Source: an uncultured virus (IMG/VR IMGVR_UViG_3300033553_000790) (taxonomy: Duplodnaviria; Heunggongvirae; Uroviricota; Caudoviricetes). From it: DNA of 64,000 bases. The position numbers and the translations under genes were made by a program. A model generated the notes under the pieces. That model was given only the letters and a program-made list of their open reading frames with translations, did no database searches and had not been told where the DNA came from. Below are positions 1 to 9,380 of this stretch, piece after piece (position 1 is the first letter of the stretch; every line of letters starts with the position of its first letter). The stretch lies in the IMG/VR virus record IMGVR_UViG_3300033553_000790; one strand, given 5' to 3'.

Positions 1-162
1 ATGTGGGAAGCTATGAACGAGAGAGGAAATACTGAGATCCTTTCTGACAGTACAATTGCCGCTATCTTAGATATGGATGCCAGCCGGGAGAAAGGCGAGA
101 TGTCTTCTTTCAAGGGCGCTGAAGAAATTCATAATCTTTACGCATCTGTAGAAATCGACTAA
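1..162 (+). CDS. hypothetical protein, probably 5'-truncated at window edge
   Basis: Open frame MWEAMNERGN...ASVEID ending TAA at 160-162. Confidence 0.55.
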   Translation: MWEAMNERGNTEILSDSTIAAILDMDASREKGEMSSFKGAEEIHNLYASVEID

Positions 163-271
163 AGTAATACTAGCTGAGGTGCTGTTATTTATAAAGCTTT
201 TAGCATCCCATATGATGAAGTTATAGTTAAATTCCGTTAGCTTATTACTTAGCGAACAGAAGGGGCCGGTT

Positions 272-868
272 ATGAGTTCAGTGTTAAAAAATGGTGTACA
301 TGTTTTAGATGGGGTTGTTAAAGCAAGTGATTTCATTAAAGAAGTGGCGATGAAAGATGGGGTTAACCGTAAATGGTCGGGCACGTGGAGCCAGCTTGAG
401 GATCTCACTATGAAACATTTCTCTAATTCTTCTCCAGGTACTGGAAGTAATAACGGGGATGTTCTTCTTATCAGGGTGCCTAGTCGGGGTTTCTTCACGA
501 ACATAATTAAGTTAGATGAAAGTAATAAACATTTAGTGGAGACTATTTGGGAAGCACGAGTGTCAGGTGAGTCGGAAGTTCCGGCGAGAGTTATTTTTGT
601 TGACAATTATGTTCCTGCTTCTTGTGTTGACATTGTTGTTTACCGGGCTGATTTGTTAGATAAAGATAAGGACCGTTCTAGTGAAGCTGAATGGGAGATT
701 GTGAGTATTAACGCTCAACCGGAAGAGAATGTACCTATGCATCCTGAAACTATGAAACGTAACGCTAAAAGACAAGCTGGTGGTACTTACAGGGAATACA
801 CGTCACAGCAGTGGAGGGCCTCAGAGGACTATTGGAATAAGCATGTGCAGTTGAGGATATCAAAATAG
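272..868 (+). CDS. DUF3228-like protein
   Basis: Motifs VDIVVY, EWEIVSINAQ, PMHPETMKRN, GGT, S.DYW..H match my recollection of DUF3228. Confidence 0.65.
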   Translation: MSSVLKNGVHVLDGVVKASDFIKEVAMKDGVNRKWSGTWSQLEDLTMKHFSNSSPGTGSNNGDVLLIRVPSRGFFTNIIKLDESNKHLVETIWEARVSGESEVPARVIFVDNYVPASCVDIVVYRADLLDKDKDRSSEAEWEIVSINAQPEENVPMHPETMKRNAKRQAGGTYREYTSQQWRASEDYWNKHVQLRISK

Positions 869-889
869 GATAACAGGTCCGAATTTTGA

Positions 890-1546
890 TTATTGTTTAA
901 CTGTTCTGTAAACTTGTTCAGTTTTTGTTAAACCTGGGGTGAACCATTCCGGTTTTTCCCATTGGCTTATCCGTATGAACATCCTCACCCCATTATTTTG
1001 TGTGGGCTGTATACAATGCGGTGCGTACGGTGAGAATTGTACTAGCTCGCCGTCTTTACTTGCATGATGTCCGTCCAGGTTAGTGCCTAAAATTTTATCC
1101 ATTTCAGTCCATGTTGTTTTGTTAAAATCATTTATTCTCATGGTGAGGGGTTTAGGGTAGAAAACAGTGTTTGATGTGCCGTTAGGGTTTGATGAGAGGT
1201 TCACAACTAATGATTTGTTTACTTCCACAGAGTCGCTACTATCTGAGAAAGATGTTTCTCTTTGCGGGGCGTCACAATGCCAGCCTGGGGAGGCAGGATA
1301 ATCGCCTTTCTGTAGTTCATGTACTCGCACATCAATGTTGAGTTCTAATCCTTTTTCAGCTGTCTCCTGTTTGTAGTTTTCAGGTATTGCATCTAAAATA
1401 GTTTTCAGCGGCTCAGTGGCATGCTGGTAAGCTGTTTTAATGTCAGCCCCATACATTCCTTGTTGTTTCAGGAGGTCCTCAGCTGGCCAGCATCCTTGTA
1501 CTTTCGCTAGGGTTTGATATTCCGGCTGGAAAGTAAAATCATACAT
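890..1546 (-). CDS. 2OG-Fe(II) dioxygenase-like protein (paralog 1)
   Basis: IDVRVH..PGWHCD (HxD), distal His (PHC), RMFIR; paralog of 1553..2230. Confidence 0.7.
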   Translation of the reverse strand: MYDFTFQPEYQTLAKVQGCWPAEDLLKQQGMYGADIKTAYQHATEPLKTILDAIPENYKQETAEKGLELNIDVRVHELQKGDYPASPGWHCDAPQRETSFSDSSDSVEVNKSLVVNLSSNPNGTSNTVFYPKPLTMRINDFNKTTWTEMDKILGTNLDGHHASKDGELVQFSPYAPHCIQPTQNNGVRMFIRISQWEKPEWFTPGLTKTEQVYRTVKQ

Positions 1547-1552
1547 TTTGTG

Positions 1553-2230
1553 TTACCAGCCTTTAGCTTCAGATATGCGATACACAAATTCTTGTCGAGC
1601 TAACGTCCCTTCCCCGCTGAGGTACGGTTTATGCCACATGGATGCTCTTACAAATAATCTCCAACCTCGTGTTGTTGCTGGAGTTGCTCTATGTAAAGTT
1701 AAGCTGCTGAAATCGAAAAGCTGCCCGTCTTCAGCAAGAAGAAGCTTAGGTTTAACTGTTTCTATATGATCATGAACTTGCTCCCAAACTCCCTGTTCAG
1801 CATCATCGCTTTCGTCTAAGTCAATAGTAATTTCTTCATCAACGAATTCTGTGAGTGAAACACCGGTATCCTCAGTGCTTATAGTCCCCACCAGATGGCG
1901 ATGTAAAGGAACTTTATCTAACTCCGGTTGGGAATGGTAGGTTTGGCGGTATTCCCCGTCACAGTGCCAACCTGGGACCGCTGGGTAATCCCCCTGATAT
2001 AGTCTGTGAACTCTCACATCAATGTTAGGGTATAATTTTAGTTCCGCTGCTTCTTCAAGCCAGTCTTGAGGGATAGCATCCAAGATTTCATTTGTGAGCG
2101 GCCCACCGTGCTCTTTAACGAAAGCTGGGCTAGCGGAAAACATTCCTGTTTCTTCAGCTAACTGACTGATAGTTGCTTTCTTAGTGAACTTCCCTACTAC
2201 CCCTATATCTGGTTTGAAAATGTACTCCAT
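1553..2230 (-). CDS. 2OG-Fe(II) dioxygenase-like protein (paralog 2)
   Basis: IDVRVH..PGWHCD, LHRA, RLFVR. Confidence 0.7.
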   Translation of the reverse strand: MEYIFKPDIGVVGKFTKKATISQLAEETGMFSASPAFVKEHGGPLTNEILDAIPQDWLEEAAELKLYPNIDVRVHRLYQGDYPAVPGWHCDGEYRQTYHSQPELDKVPLHRHLVGTISTEDTGVSLTEFVDEEITIDLDESDDAEQGVWEQVHDHIETVKPKLLLAEDGQLFDFSSLTLHRATPATTRGWRLFVRASMWHKPYLSGEGTLARQEFVYRISEAKGW

Positions 2231-2358
2231 TTTGTTTTACACTCCTGAACTTTTAGTTGAAAAATATATAGGCATTTTAGTTTTAACTAAACTGTTCGCT
2301 TTAGGCTTGGCTTATACTAATCAGGAAAGTTTCCAACCAAGTTGTTAGATAGAAGTTA

Positions 2359-2694
2359 ATGCTTAAGGAGTTGAGTACAGTTATGGCAATGATGGATTAT
2401 TATGATATTTCTATGTTCAGTCTTGTTTCTGAGAAAGAGGGTGACTATAACGAAAAATTCAATGCTTACGACACTGTTAATGTTTATAGGGTTAATGGTT
2501 CATTAGCTGATGATGTTCGTAAACGTTGGAAACTCGCTGATGATGTTGAAGTTCTCATGACTGAGGAAATATGGGTTAACGGCTATAGCGAATACACTCG
2601 TGATGATGATTATGCTTTTACGATCAGCGCGGCAAATAAAGAAGCTGCATTCTACAACATTGGGGATTGTGAAAGGTTCCTAGGTATCGAATAG
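2359..2694 (+). CDS. hypothetical protein, paralog family A
   Basis: VNGSLADDVR..W and TR.DDY.FTI shared with 21259..21567. Confidence 0.7.
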   Translation: MLKELSTVMAMMDYYDISMFSLVSEKEGDYNEKFNAYDTVNVYRVNGSLADDVRKRWKLADDVEVLMTEEIWVNGYSEYTRDDDYAFTISAANKEAAFYNIGDCERFLGIE

Positions 2695-2769
2695 TAAACC
2701 CAAGTTTGAAAAGAACATAACGTTAGAGTAAAAGATGCTACTCTGCCATATAGGATAAGGACTTAAAAT

Positions 2770-3090
2770 ATGAACGTTGACACGGACGCTGCTGTGAAGA
2801 CAGCTATTAACATGTGCCAAAGGCTCCATCGCGTTACACCTAATATCACAACTAGGAGTGATATGGCAAAAACTGTTGGGAAGTATGCGACAGAACTGAG
2901 GGAACAGCGAGACAGCGGTCACGCATCTTCTGATGATCTGCTACCCACTCTGATGATATTAGTTAAATACTCTAATGTTCTTGAAGCGGGTGCCGAAATT
3001 TTCATTTGCGGTTACGAAGATAAAGCTAACATCTATGCGTATCATCTGGTTAACACCAGCATTGTAGAGCATCGTGTTAAAAAATATTAG
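2770..3090 (+). CDS. hypothetical protein
   Basis: ORF with CGTTAG at 2721. Confidence 0.6.
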   Translation: MNVDTDAAVKTAINMCQRLHRVTPNITTRSDMAKTVGKYATELREQRDSGHASSDDLLPTLMILVKYSNVLEAGAEIFICGYEDKANIYAYHLVNTSIVEHRVKKY

Positions 3091-3268
3091 GATCAGGTAA
3101 AGGTAGACCCTCTAAGAATTTACGGTCGCCTGTTTTCATATATTCGCGTGCTTGTCGCTCCCAGTTGGCTTCCATAAAAAGGCCTTTACCGTCAAGACTA
3201 CGGGAGTTTATTTCATCTCTACGTTTCTGTAGTTCTAGCTGATCTTGTTTCTTTTTAGATAATGGCAT
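3077..3268 (-). CDS. hypothetical protein
   Basis: ORF with GAGGA RBS, downstream of NADAR. Confidence 0.55.
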   Translation of the reverse strand: MPLSKKKQDQLELQKRRDEINSRSLDGKGLFMEANWERQAREYMKTGDRKFLEGLPLPDPNIF

Positions 3269-3297
3269 AACTTATCTTCCTCTTCATCGTTGTGTAC

Positions 3298-3717
3298 TTA
3301 AAATAAAGTATCTGTTCTCAGTTCTTCTCTGATTTTCATAAGGATGATACCGAGATGGTTGGAGCCTTTCTTTTTGTTGATATCCCAACCCCAGAAAACG
3401 TCACCCCACGTGTTCCCTTCAACAAGTTCTTCATTACCTGTGGCCAGTAGCTTAGCGGCTAGCTGCTCACTGTCAAAGAATTTCTTTCTAACAAGTTCAG
3501 TCATAACTTGGATTTTAATTTTCGCCCAGTCTTCACGTAAAGCTATTTCTCGACCCCGCCGTTTAGCTTCCCCTGGGGTATCGGAGTCCAGAACCCATTG
3601 TTTCTGCTGAGGGTTCAAAGTTTTGGCAGCTTGGAAGTAATGTTCCACGCTTTTACCATCTGCGTCTAACCAAAAGTTACTGAGCCAACGGTGCTGCCCT
3701 CTGAATTCTGATATCAT
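3298..3717 (-). CDS. NADAR (YbiA-like) family protein
   Basis: F....WLSNF, SVEHYFQAAK, AKRRGR, LR.DW, KF, LLATG..ELVEGN.WGD.FWG, G.N.LG.ILM.IR. Confidence 0.92.
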   Translation of the reverse strand: MISEFRGQHRWLSNFWLDADGKSVEHYFQAAKTLNPQQKQWVLDSDTPGEAKRRGREIALREDWAKIKIQVMTELVRKKFFDSEQLAAKLLATGNEELVEGNTWGDVFWGWDINKKKGSNHLGIILMKIREELRTDTLF

Positions 3718-3730
3718 TAAATGCCTACTT

Positions 3731-3985
3731 CTATTTTCTGAGGTGCTCTTCGCGGTACCCCTTTAGGAACATAAGGCCAGATTTGGATATGTGGTACTCT
3801 TTTAACGCTTCCTTAGAGGGGTTGGGTTCGACTAAGTACCCTCTGTTACACGCCACCAAAAACGGGTACGTACCGTATTTTTTTGTTAATTCTAAGGAGT
3901 TGTAGATTTTTAAGTCCTCCGCTAATGGACTTAACAATTCGAACACTTCTTTGTTTTCCTGCTCAAAGCTTTTGAACTCTATCAT
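3731..3985 (-). CDS. hypothetical protein
   Basis: ORF with GGGAG RBS. Confidence 0.6.
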   Translation of the reverse strand: MIEFKSFEQENKEVFELLSPLAEDLKIYNSLELTKKYGTYPFLVACNRGYLVEPNPSKEALKEYHISKSGLMFLKGYREEHLRK

Positions 3986-4130
3986 TTTAAGCTCCCTATG
4001 TTTTATAATAAGTAAGATTACGCTGTTGCTCTATCGGTTTTGCTAGGACAAGTTACTTTACGTTAGATAATATAATTATAGTCCACCAGGACCCTGATAC
4101 AATACTCATATAGAGAAGGCAGGTTAGATT

Positions 4131-4535
4131 ATGGCAGCACAGAACAACTTTGATCCTAAAAAATTCGCAGCAAGGGTTGAATACCTTAAAGGGTTAGAAA
4201 AAGATTGGGATGGGGCAGATGCGGAACCTATAGATCTAAAAGTTATACCGTTAGCAGAAAAGATGATGAAAGATTTATCAAGCAGTTTCAAAGAGCTCAC
4301 AGCTCCAGGGGTTTTCCCAATTGAGCCTAACGGGGTGGGGATAGAATGGATAACCGATAAAAGTTTACTTTCTATTGACTTCTCCCCCGTCAAGCCGTTC
4401 TTCACGGTTTTTTATAAGACCCTTAATATAGAAGGCCAGTTGTGGGATTATGCCAGCTATGGTGAAACTTTAGCTAAAGTACGTGATATGCTTCCGCTAA
4501 TCACTGCAGATGATAGGATTGAATGGGGCAACTGA
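4131..4535 (+). CDS. hypothetical protein (L..DWDG..AEPI / P.VFP..NGV.IEW type)
   Basis: Motifs LEKDWDGADAEPI and PGVFPIEPNGVGIEW. Confidence 0.65.
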   Translation: MAAQNNFDPKKFAARVEYLKGLEKDWDGADAEPIDLKVIPLAEKMMKDLSSSFKELTAPGVFPIEPNGVGIEWITDKSLLSIDFSPVKPFFTVFYKTLNIEGQLWDYASYGETLAKVRDMLPLITADDRIEWGN

Positions 4536-4559
4536 AGTGCCTTAACAGTCAAAATATTG

Positions 4560-4760
4560 GTATAAGGTTCGCGCTGCCGAAATAGGCCAACTTACCTTTG
4601 TCTGCGTCGTCTCATCATTTCAGCTAGAGCCCCTCTGGGGTCCACGTCCATAATTGTCACCCGGTATCAAGTTACCTTACCTAACTGATTTAGGGGTGCT
4701 CTCCTTAGCTTACGTTTTCTACCGGAACTATTGATCTGAAATAGTGATCAAGACAGCTAA
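4560..4760. ncRNA. candidate structured non-coding RNA between convergent genes
   Basis: Nested helices TGTC/GACA, CCGGTA/TACCGG, CCTAA/TTAGG, TTGATC/GATCAA, GCCCC/GGGGT; no ORF in track. Confidence 0.4.
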
Positions 4761-4778
4761 TGTAGTTACGTGTATTCA

Positions 4779-5309
4779 TTATGGGTAACAAGAAAACCCT
4801 ACAGCACGTAAGTAATATATCAAGTGCTCTTTTTCGGTGGTATTGCTGAACTTGTTATTCCCATCTCTATAATGAATGGCGCAATGAGCATGGTTGCTTA
4901 TTCTACTGCACTTATTCTCATTATTCGGAGGGCTATAATACACATATTTAGCAATAAGTTTATAATCTTCCCCCTTAACTAAGGCATCGTCCCATGAGAA
5001 CTTAATAATTCCTTTTCTTTTTTCATTTAATATGCCTTTTAGGGCTTCTTCAGGGCGCATATCCCCTAGCCTACTATCTGCAAAACAAGAGAAGCTGCCG
5101 CCAATGAAATCAGCGAACTGGCTTGGGTCCAAATACTGTTTCCCGCTTGCCATGTCTATACCGCTTTGGAGATCACCTAAAGACGTAAAAAGCACGGCAC
5201 GATAAAGGATTTCCCCGTTATCTACATTTGGCGCAATTTTTGTATCATCGGCTTTAGCTGCGCCGCAAGAGCATTTTGCGGCTTTATTAGCTTTTTTCTG
5301 TGGAGTCAT
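4779..5309 (-). CDS. hypothetical protein, possible ADP-ribosyltransferase-like (Tse2-type) fold
   Basis: EILYRAV, SFSCF, NHAHCAI pattern; weak. Confidence 0.4.
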   Translation of the reverse strand: MTPQKKANKAAKCSCGAAKADDTKIAPNVDNGEILYRAVLFTSLGDLQSGIDMASGKQYLDPSQFADFIGGSFSCFADSRLGDMRPEEALKGILNEKRKGIIKFSWDDALVKGEDYKLIAKYVYYSPPNNENKCSRISNHAHCAIHYRDGNNKFSNTTEKEHLIYYLRAVGFSCYP

Positions 5310-5853
5310 TTAACAATGCGTTCTTCCAGTCGAATTTACTTTTACTCACTTCGCCTTTTATTTTCTCGTATTGTTCAAACGTTAATCTTATCAATTCCGC
5401 AACGTCTTTCGGAGTAGTGGTATACGCTTTATGGTTATCTAGGTTTTTCAGGTCAACCTTGTAATGTAGCTGCTTATCCTTTAGTTGTTCAAGCCTTAGC
5501 ATGGTGCCGTTAGCTACCCATGAGAATACGATATATCCTTCTGTAGTGACAAATAATTGAGGCCAAATAAAATCTTCTTGCCTAATAAATGGGGTTTGGC
5601 TTATTATATCGTTAACACTTAATTTTATAGTGCCTTCGAACTTGTTGTATACTCTTCTAACATATTCTAAGTAACCCTCGCGGTTTGCCATCATCAATAA
5701 CCCGGCATCATCTAGATCTAGATCATAAAATAATTTTTTATTTACTTCTTCGCTATCTAAACTCAAGTTTTCAGGAGACCTTTTTTGCGCGCGACGGCGA
5801 GAATCGCCTCTAAGCTTATAGCGACTGTCAATGTCAGTAGTTGCTATACTCAT
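5287..5853 (-). CDS. hypothetical protein overlapping the downstream gene
   Basis: PQLFVTTEGYIVFSW resembles the motif in 4131..4535; CTAACG at 5916. Confidence 0.6.
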   Translation of the reverse strand: MSIATTDIDSRYKLRGDSRRRAQKRSPENLSLDSEEVNKKLFYDLDLDDAGLLMMANREGYLEYVRRVYNKFEGTIKLSVNDIISQTPFIRQEDFIWPQLFVTTEGYIVFSWVANGTMLRLEQLKDKQLHYKVDLKNLDNHKAYTTTPKDVAELIRLTFEQYEKIKGEVSKSKFDWKNALLNDSTEKS

Positions 5854-6000
5854 TTATAAAACCATCCGTTATTTTTTACTATATATAAATATATCGGTTA
5901 CTGTAGGTATAGTTACTAACGTACAAACACTTAAAATCATAGAAAGAATATAACTAACTCATTATGCGCTAGAGCACTATTTAAGATTTAGGAGATAAAA

Positions 6001-6444
6001 GTGTCAAACGAACTAGTCACTAAACCATCTGATGTTAAAGTAGGCGACCTCATACACGTCTTACCTCATCACAAATCAGGTTTCACTGTTGAAGCATACA
6101 TCGTTGTTGATTATATAGAAGACAACGGCAGTAGCTTACTTTTCTACCCTCAAGCCGGTAAGGGCATACTAGGTAGAAATGAACGGTTACTAAGCTTTGA
6201 GGTTGACAAAGAACATGGCCCGGAGATAACTAAAATGGACAAGTTATCTTTCTTTGGAGAAGCTAAGGGTATGAAAGAATACTCACATTTACCTGACTTA
6301 GTTTCGGATGGTTGTACAAAAATTGTAGTATTATCGCATAGTACGGGCGAATGGGTTAAATTAGAAGGTCTCGCATCCTACACTGACAGTCCTTTGCTTG
6401 CTAAGTTAGCTGCGAATGAATACATTTCCGTATGGGGACTATAA
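6001..6444 (+). CDS. hypothetical protein, paralog family B1
   Basis: D...GD.I, F..EA...VD, CT...TGEWVK.E shared with 10997..11449; AGGAG RBS. Confidence 0.7.
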   Translation: MSNELVTKPSDVKVGDLIHVLPHHKSGFTVEAYIVVDYIEDNGSSLLFYPQAGKGILGRNERLLSFEVDKEHGPEITKMDKLSFFGEAKGMKEYSHLPDLVSDGCTKIVVLSHSTGEWVKLEGLASYTDSPLLAKLAANEYISVWGL

Positions 6445-6482
6445 AATTCAGAAAGCGCAGGCTTTAGGTTTCTAAAATAGCG

Positions 6483-7328
6483 TTAACTGATGTATGCGCT
6501 GGGTTTCGTTTGCCCTAAGTTTATGATACCTTCACGGAGTACCGCAGATAGCTGGGTCCCGTCTGCGCATAGCGCTAACTGTTCAGGTACGCTAACTAGT
6601 TCGTTAGTTGCGGTGTACGCATCATACCTACTGGAAGCTGCTTCTAGGAGTAGCTCCATAACATTTTTCTGGCTGAGGCGCTCATCCCCTTCCCCCAACA
6701 GCCAGGGGCTACCATCCTCATGAATTAGATAACCACTGCTAGCTACATATGCCTCCACGCTTTTAAGAGTTCCACCATTAGGTAGACTAACTTCAACCCC
6801 TTGTTCCCGACTGAGGGTCACTCGTTTAGAGCCACCTTCAGTCGCATCTAACTCCTCAAGGGTTTCTTCATCTAAAAACTGAACCGCTACTTGTATAGTG
6901 TAATTAGGCCGGGGAACAACAGTAGCGGGGACAGAGCCATATCTGGCTGTAGTGGGCGCATAGCCTATGTCTAGACCAGTTACTTCCGCCATGATCTGAG
7001 GGTAAGCAACCCGGCTGTTTTTACTAATATATTTATGAGACATTTGAGCTATACACGCATTAGAGCCTATAGCTAGAACCGGGGTGCGACCACTCATAGG
7101 AGGGTACCCTAATTCATCTAGGGTATCCGCTAACGTTGAATTATTCTTTGTAACCGATTTCTCAATCCCCAATCCAGATATAATCCTCAACGCCGTTAAA
7201 TTTGCGGGTCCGGCCCCTCCCACTTCAACTAAAGCTGGGGTGATGAGTTGTTTACCTGGGTATAGTAGAGGGGCTCTCCGTGGTGCTGAGTTAACGATTA
7301 CGCTAAGCTCACTTATGTTTTTGTTCAA
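6483..7328 (-). CDS. gamma-glutamylcyclotransferase-like fold protein
   Basis: RTPVLAIGSNA and LDATEG motifs. Confidence 0.5.
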   Translation of the reverse strand: MNKNISELSVIVNSAPRRAPLLYPGKQLITPALVEVGGAGPANLTALRIISGLGIEKSVTKNNSTLADTLDELGYPPMSGRTPVLAIGSNACIAQMSHKYISKNSRVAYPQIMAEVTGLDIGYAPTTARYGSVPATVVPRPNYTIQVAVQFLDEETLEELDATEGGSKRVTLSREQGVEVSLPNGGTLKSVEAYVASSGYLIHEDGSPWLLGEGDERLSQKNVMELLLEAASSRYDAYTATNELVSVPEQLALCADGTQLSAVLREGIINLGQTKPSAYIS

Positions 7329-7439
7329 TTAAATCCCTCAGAGGTAACTAGTATTTAGTCGCGCGCACATATATAGCCGTAGCATCTTCAACTCGTACTA
7401 TCGGAGCGTTAAGTAATTTAGCGGGCCCTCTACATGATT

Positions 7440-8360
7440 CTAGGCCAGCTCAGTATTGACTACATCAGGCTGGCCAGATGAGAACCGGGAGGCTATAGCG
7501 GAAAGAAACTTATCATAAGCTTCCTGAGTTCCACCAAGAGCAGAGAATATCGACATTCCCCAGGGAGCGATTGCCTGATGAACTAGTTTTATATTATCGG
7601 CGCTCGTCTTGTTGGATAAGGTAGATAATTCTGCTGAGAGGGCAACTGTGAATTCATTAACCCCGAATTCTAAATCATCATTGTATCTTTCCAATAGTGA
7701 ATCTACTTTATCAACAGTGAGTGATCCGAGCGCGAGGGCAGCGGTAATCTCTTCAACGCCGAATTCAGGGTCAACATCATATTGTTTCAGCAGGAAATCA
7801 ACCTCATCAACAGTTGGTGCCACAGGCCCTGTCAGGGATGAAAGCTCAAAAACTGCCGCTTGAGTATTAACAAAGGGTGAAGGAACCCCATCATGCCCCA
7901 TAAGGGGCCTCGCGGCGTGCTCATAGCATCTTAAGCCCTTCTGGTTCTTCTCGTACAGATGACCCCATACAATGTATCTCGCGGGCTTAGAGCAGTTGTC
8001 TTTACCCGCTTCGTCACGGCTAAGGCATTTCAGGGATGAAGGTATTGCCGTACCTCCATTTTGTACATTACTGGCCGTAGCATTAAAACGCATAATTGCT
8101 TTTTTAACAGGCCCATCTGAGCTTATGTAATTCCATGCGTTAGAAGCTTGAGTACGATCACCAAGTAGCTGCTCTAAAGAATTAACAGCATTGTCAACTA
8201 AAGTTGTACGCTCGCTATCCGGAATATATTCTATCTTACTAGGGTCGGGGTGCCTTGAAAGTATGTCATCTAACCATCCTGAAACATCTCTTGAGTAAGT
8301 GTCAGACATGACCGTAAGCTTATCTTTCAGTTCCTCTAACTCATCATGAATACTAGCCAT
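7440..8360 (-). CDS. hypothetical protein with internal repeat
   Basis: Start placed at ATG after GAGG (MASIHDE); repeat TVD.VD.LL..Y..D.EFGV.E.T.AL occurs twice. Confidence 0.6.
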   Translation of the reverse strand: MASIHDELEELKDKLTVMSDTYSRDVSGWLDDILSRHPDPSKIEYIPDSERTTLVDNAVNSLEQLLGDRTQASNAWNYISSDGPVKKAIMRFNATASNVQNGGTAIPSSLKCLSRDEAGKDNCSKPARYIVWGHLYEKNQKGLRCYEHAARPLMGHDGVPSPFVNTQAAVFELSSLTGPVAPTVDEVDFLLKQYDVDPEFGVEEITAALALGSLTVDKVDSLLERYNDDLEFGVNEFTVALSAELSTLSNKTSADNIKLVHQAIAPWGMSIFSALGGTQEAYDKFLSAIASRFSSGQPDVVNTELA

Positions 8361-8409
8361 TATTTTTACCTCATCATTATTCGGCTGGGTTGAACATTCA
8401 TAAACATAA

Positions 8410-8871
8410 TCATAATGCTTTTCCTCCGTGGCGGAACTCCCGCGTTTCATTATAAGCTACTTTTTCAGCAACAGCTTTATCAAGGTCAATGCCTCTCGTC
8501 GCGGCGAAATCAACAGTACGGATGATAATATCAGCCAGCTCGCTAGGTAGACCCTCAGGTTTAGGTGTAACACCAGTCCATACCGCAGGTCCGTGCTTCC
8601 CCATCTCAGCCCCATCTCCATCCGGGTCAGTCGTCCAGTCAGCATTGCTTCCGTGAGTTACTCGGTGTACGCGGTGCCCATTGATCGTAAGCCGCGCAAC
8701 AGTATCCCCGTTACGAACATCTTCAATAGCTTCAGAAACCTCAGTTGTGATAAGTGCCAGCGAAGCTATCTGCTCTATGGGCGTGTCCGTCTCAGGGACT
8801 AGCCATCCGTTAGCATCATTGATAGCTCGGACATGTTTACCTAATGTTTTGAAATAATTCGATTCGCTCAT
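8410..8871 (-). CDS. MazG-like nucleotide pyrophosphohydrolase
   Basis: LALITTEVSEAIE, ELADIIIR..D, IDL..AV.EK..YN..R..RHGGK. Confidence 0.85.
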   Translation of the reverse strand: MSESNYFKTLGKHVRAINDANGWLVPETDTPIEQIASLALITTEVSEAIEDVRNGDTVARLTINGHRVHRVTHGSNADWTTDPDGDGAEMGKHGPAVWTGVTPKPEGLPSELADIIIRTVDFAATRGIDLDKAVAEKVAYNETREFRHGGKAL

Positions 8872-9065
8872 TTTTCCTTACTTTCTTTTTCAAGATGTAG
8901 GAGCACTACTTCAATCGCGGCGGCATATCCCATTTCGAACCCAGGAACAAACCCGTCAGCCATATCATAGAAGGCATATAGATGACTGTTCTCCTTCTGA
9001 AATTGTGTGCAAGCTTTGTCTAAAGCAGCTTCTTGTTTACTTTCTAAATTGTCGCGTATGGTCAT
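8868..9065 (-). CDS. hypothetical protein
   Basis: Overlaps neighbours in operon-like fashion. Confidence 0.6.
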   Translation of the reverse strand: MTIRDNLESKQEAALDKACTQFQKENSHLYAFYDMADGFVPGFEMGYAAAIEVVLLHLEKESKEK

Positions 9066-9334
9066 TATTTATTATTACCTTCCGCGACACGAGCAGCGTG
9101 TAGGGTTGCTGCTTGGGATGCTTGAATCCAGTTAGTGTAGACAAGACCTTCCACTGGTGGGCGTGATGCGCGAATTTCAGCGGCGAGATCAGTACGGAGA
9201 GCCTTCTCTATATGGGGAAAAGCAGCATCAAGGATACGACCTATAGCAGCATCGGGAATATCCAGACCCTCCCACTTGGCCTGAGCAGCAGCTACTTTAA
9301 GAGCCATATTGGGTACAACCATATTTACCTCCAC
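9065..9334 (-). CDS. hypothetical protein
   Basis: First gene after sigmaA-like promoter; start uncertain. Confidence 0.6.
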   Translation of the reverse strand: MEVNMVVPNMALKVAAAQAKWEGLDIPDAAIGRILDAAFPHIEKALRTDLAAEIRASRPPVEGLVYTNWIQASQAATLHAARVAEGNNK

Positions 9335-9350
9335 GGTATTGATATTACTA

Positions 9351-9380
9351 AGCTTACCACAAGTAGAATGGGCATGTCAA
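9351..9380 (-). promoter_or_regulatory. sigma70/sigmaA-type promoter of the MazG operon
   Basis: TTGACA-N18-TAAGCT with TG extension on minus strand. Confidence 0.55.

Noticed and set aside
67..606. 179-aa minus-strand ORF and similar antisense ORFs (e.g. 34656..35006, 48511..48804, 62843..63100)
   Set aside because: They overlap better-supported genes on the opposite strand and have no RBS or motifs.
4691..4756. TPP riboswitch-like start (TAGGGGTGCT...GAAC..TGATCTG)
   Set aside because: Lacks the CUGAGA and GCG.AGGGA elements, and no + strand gene follows; kept only as part of an unassigned structured RNA.
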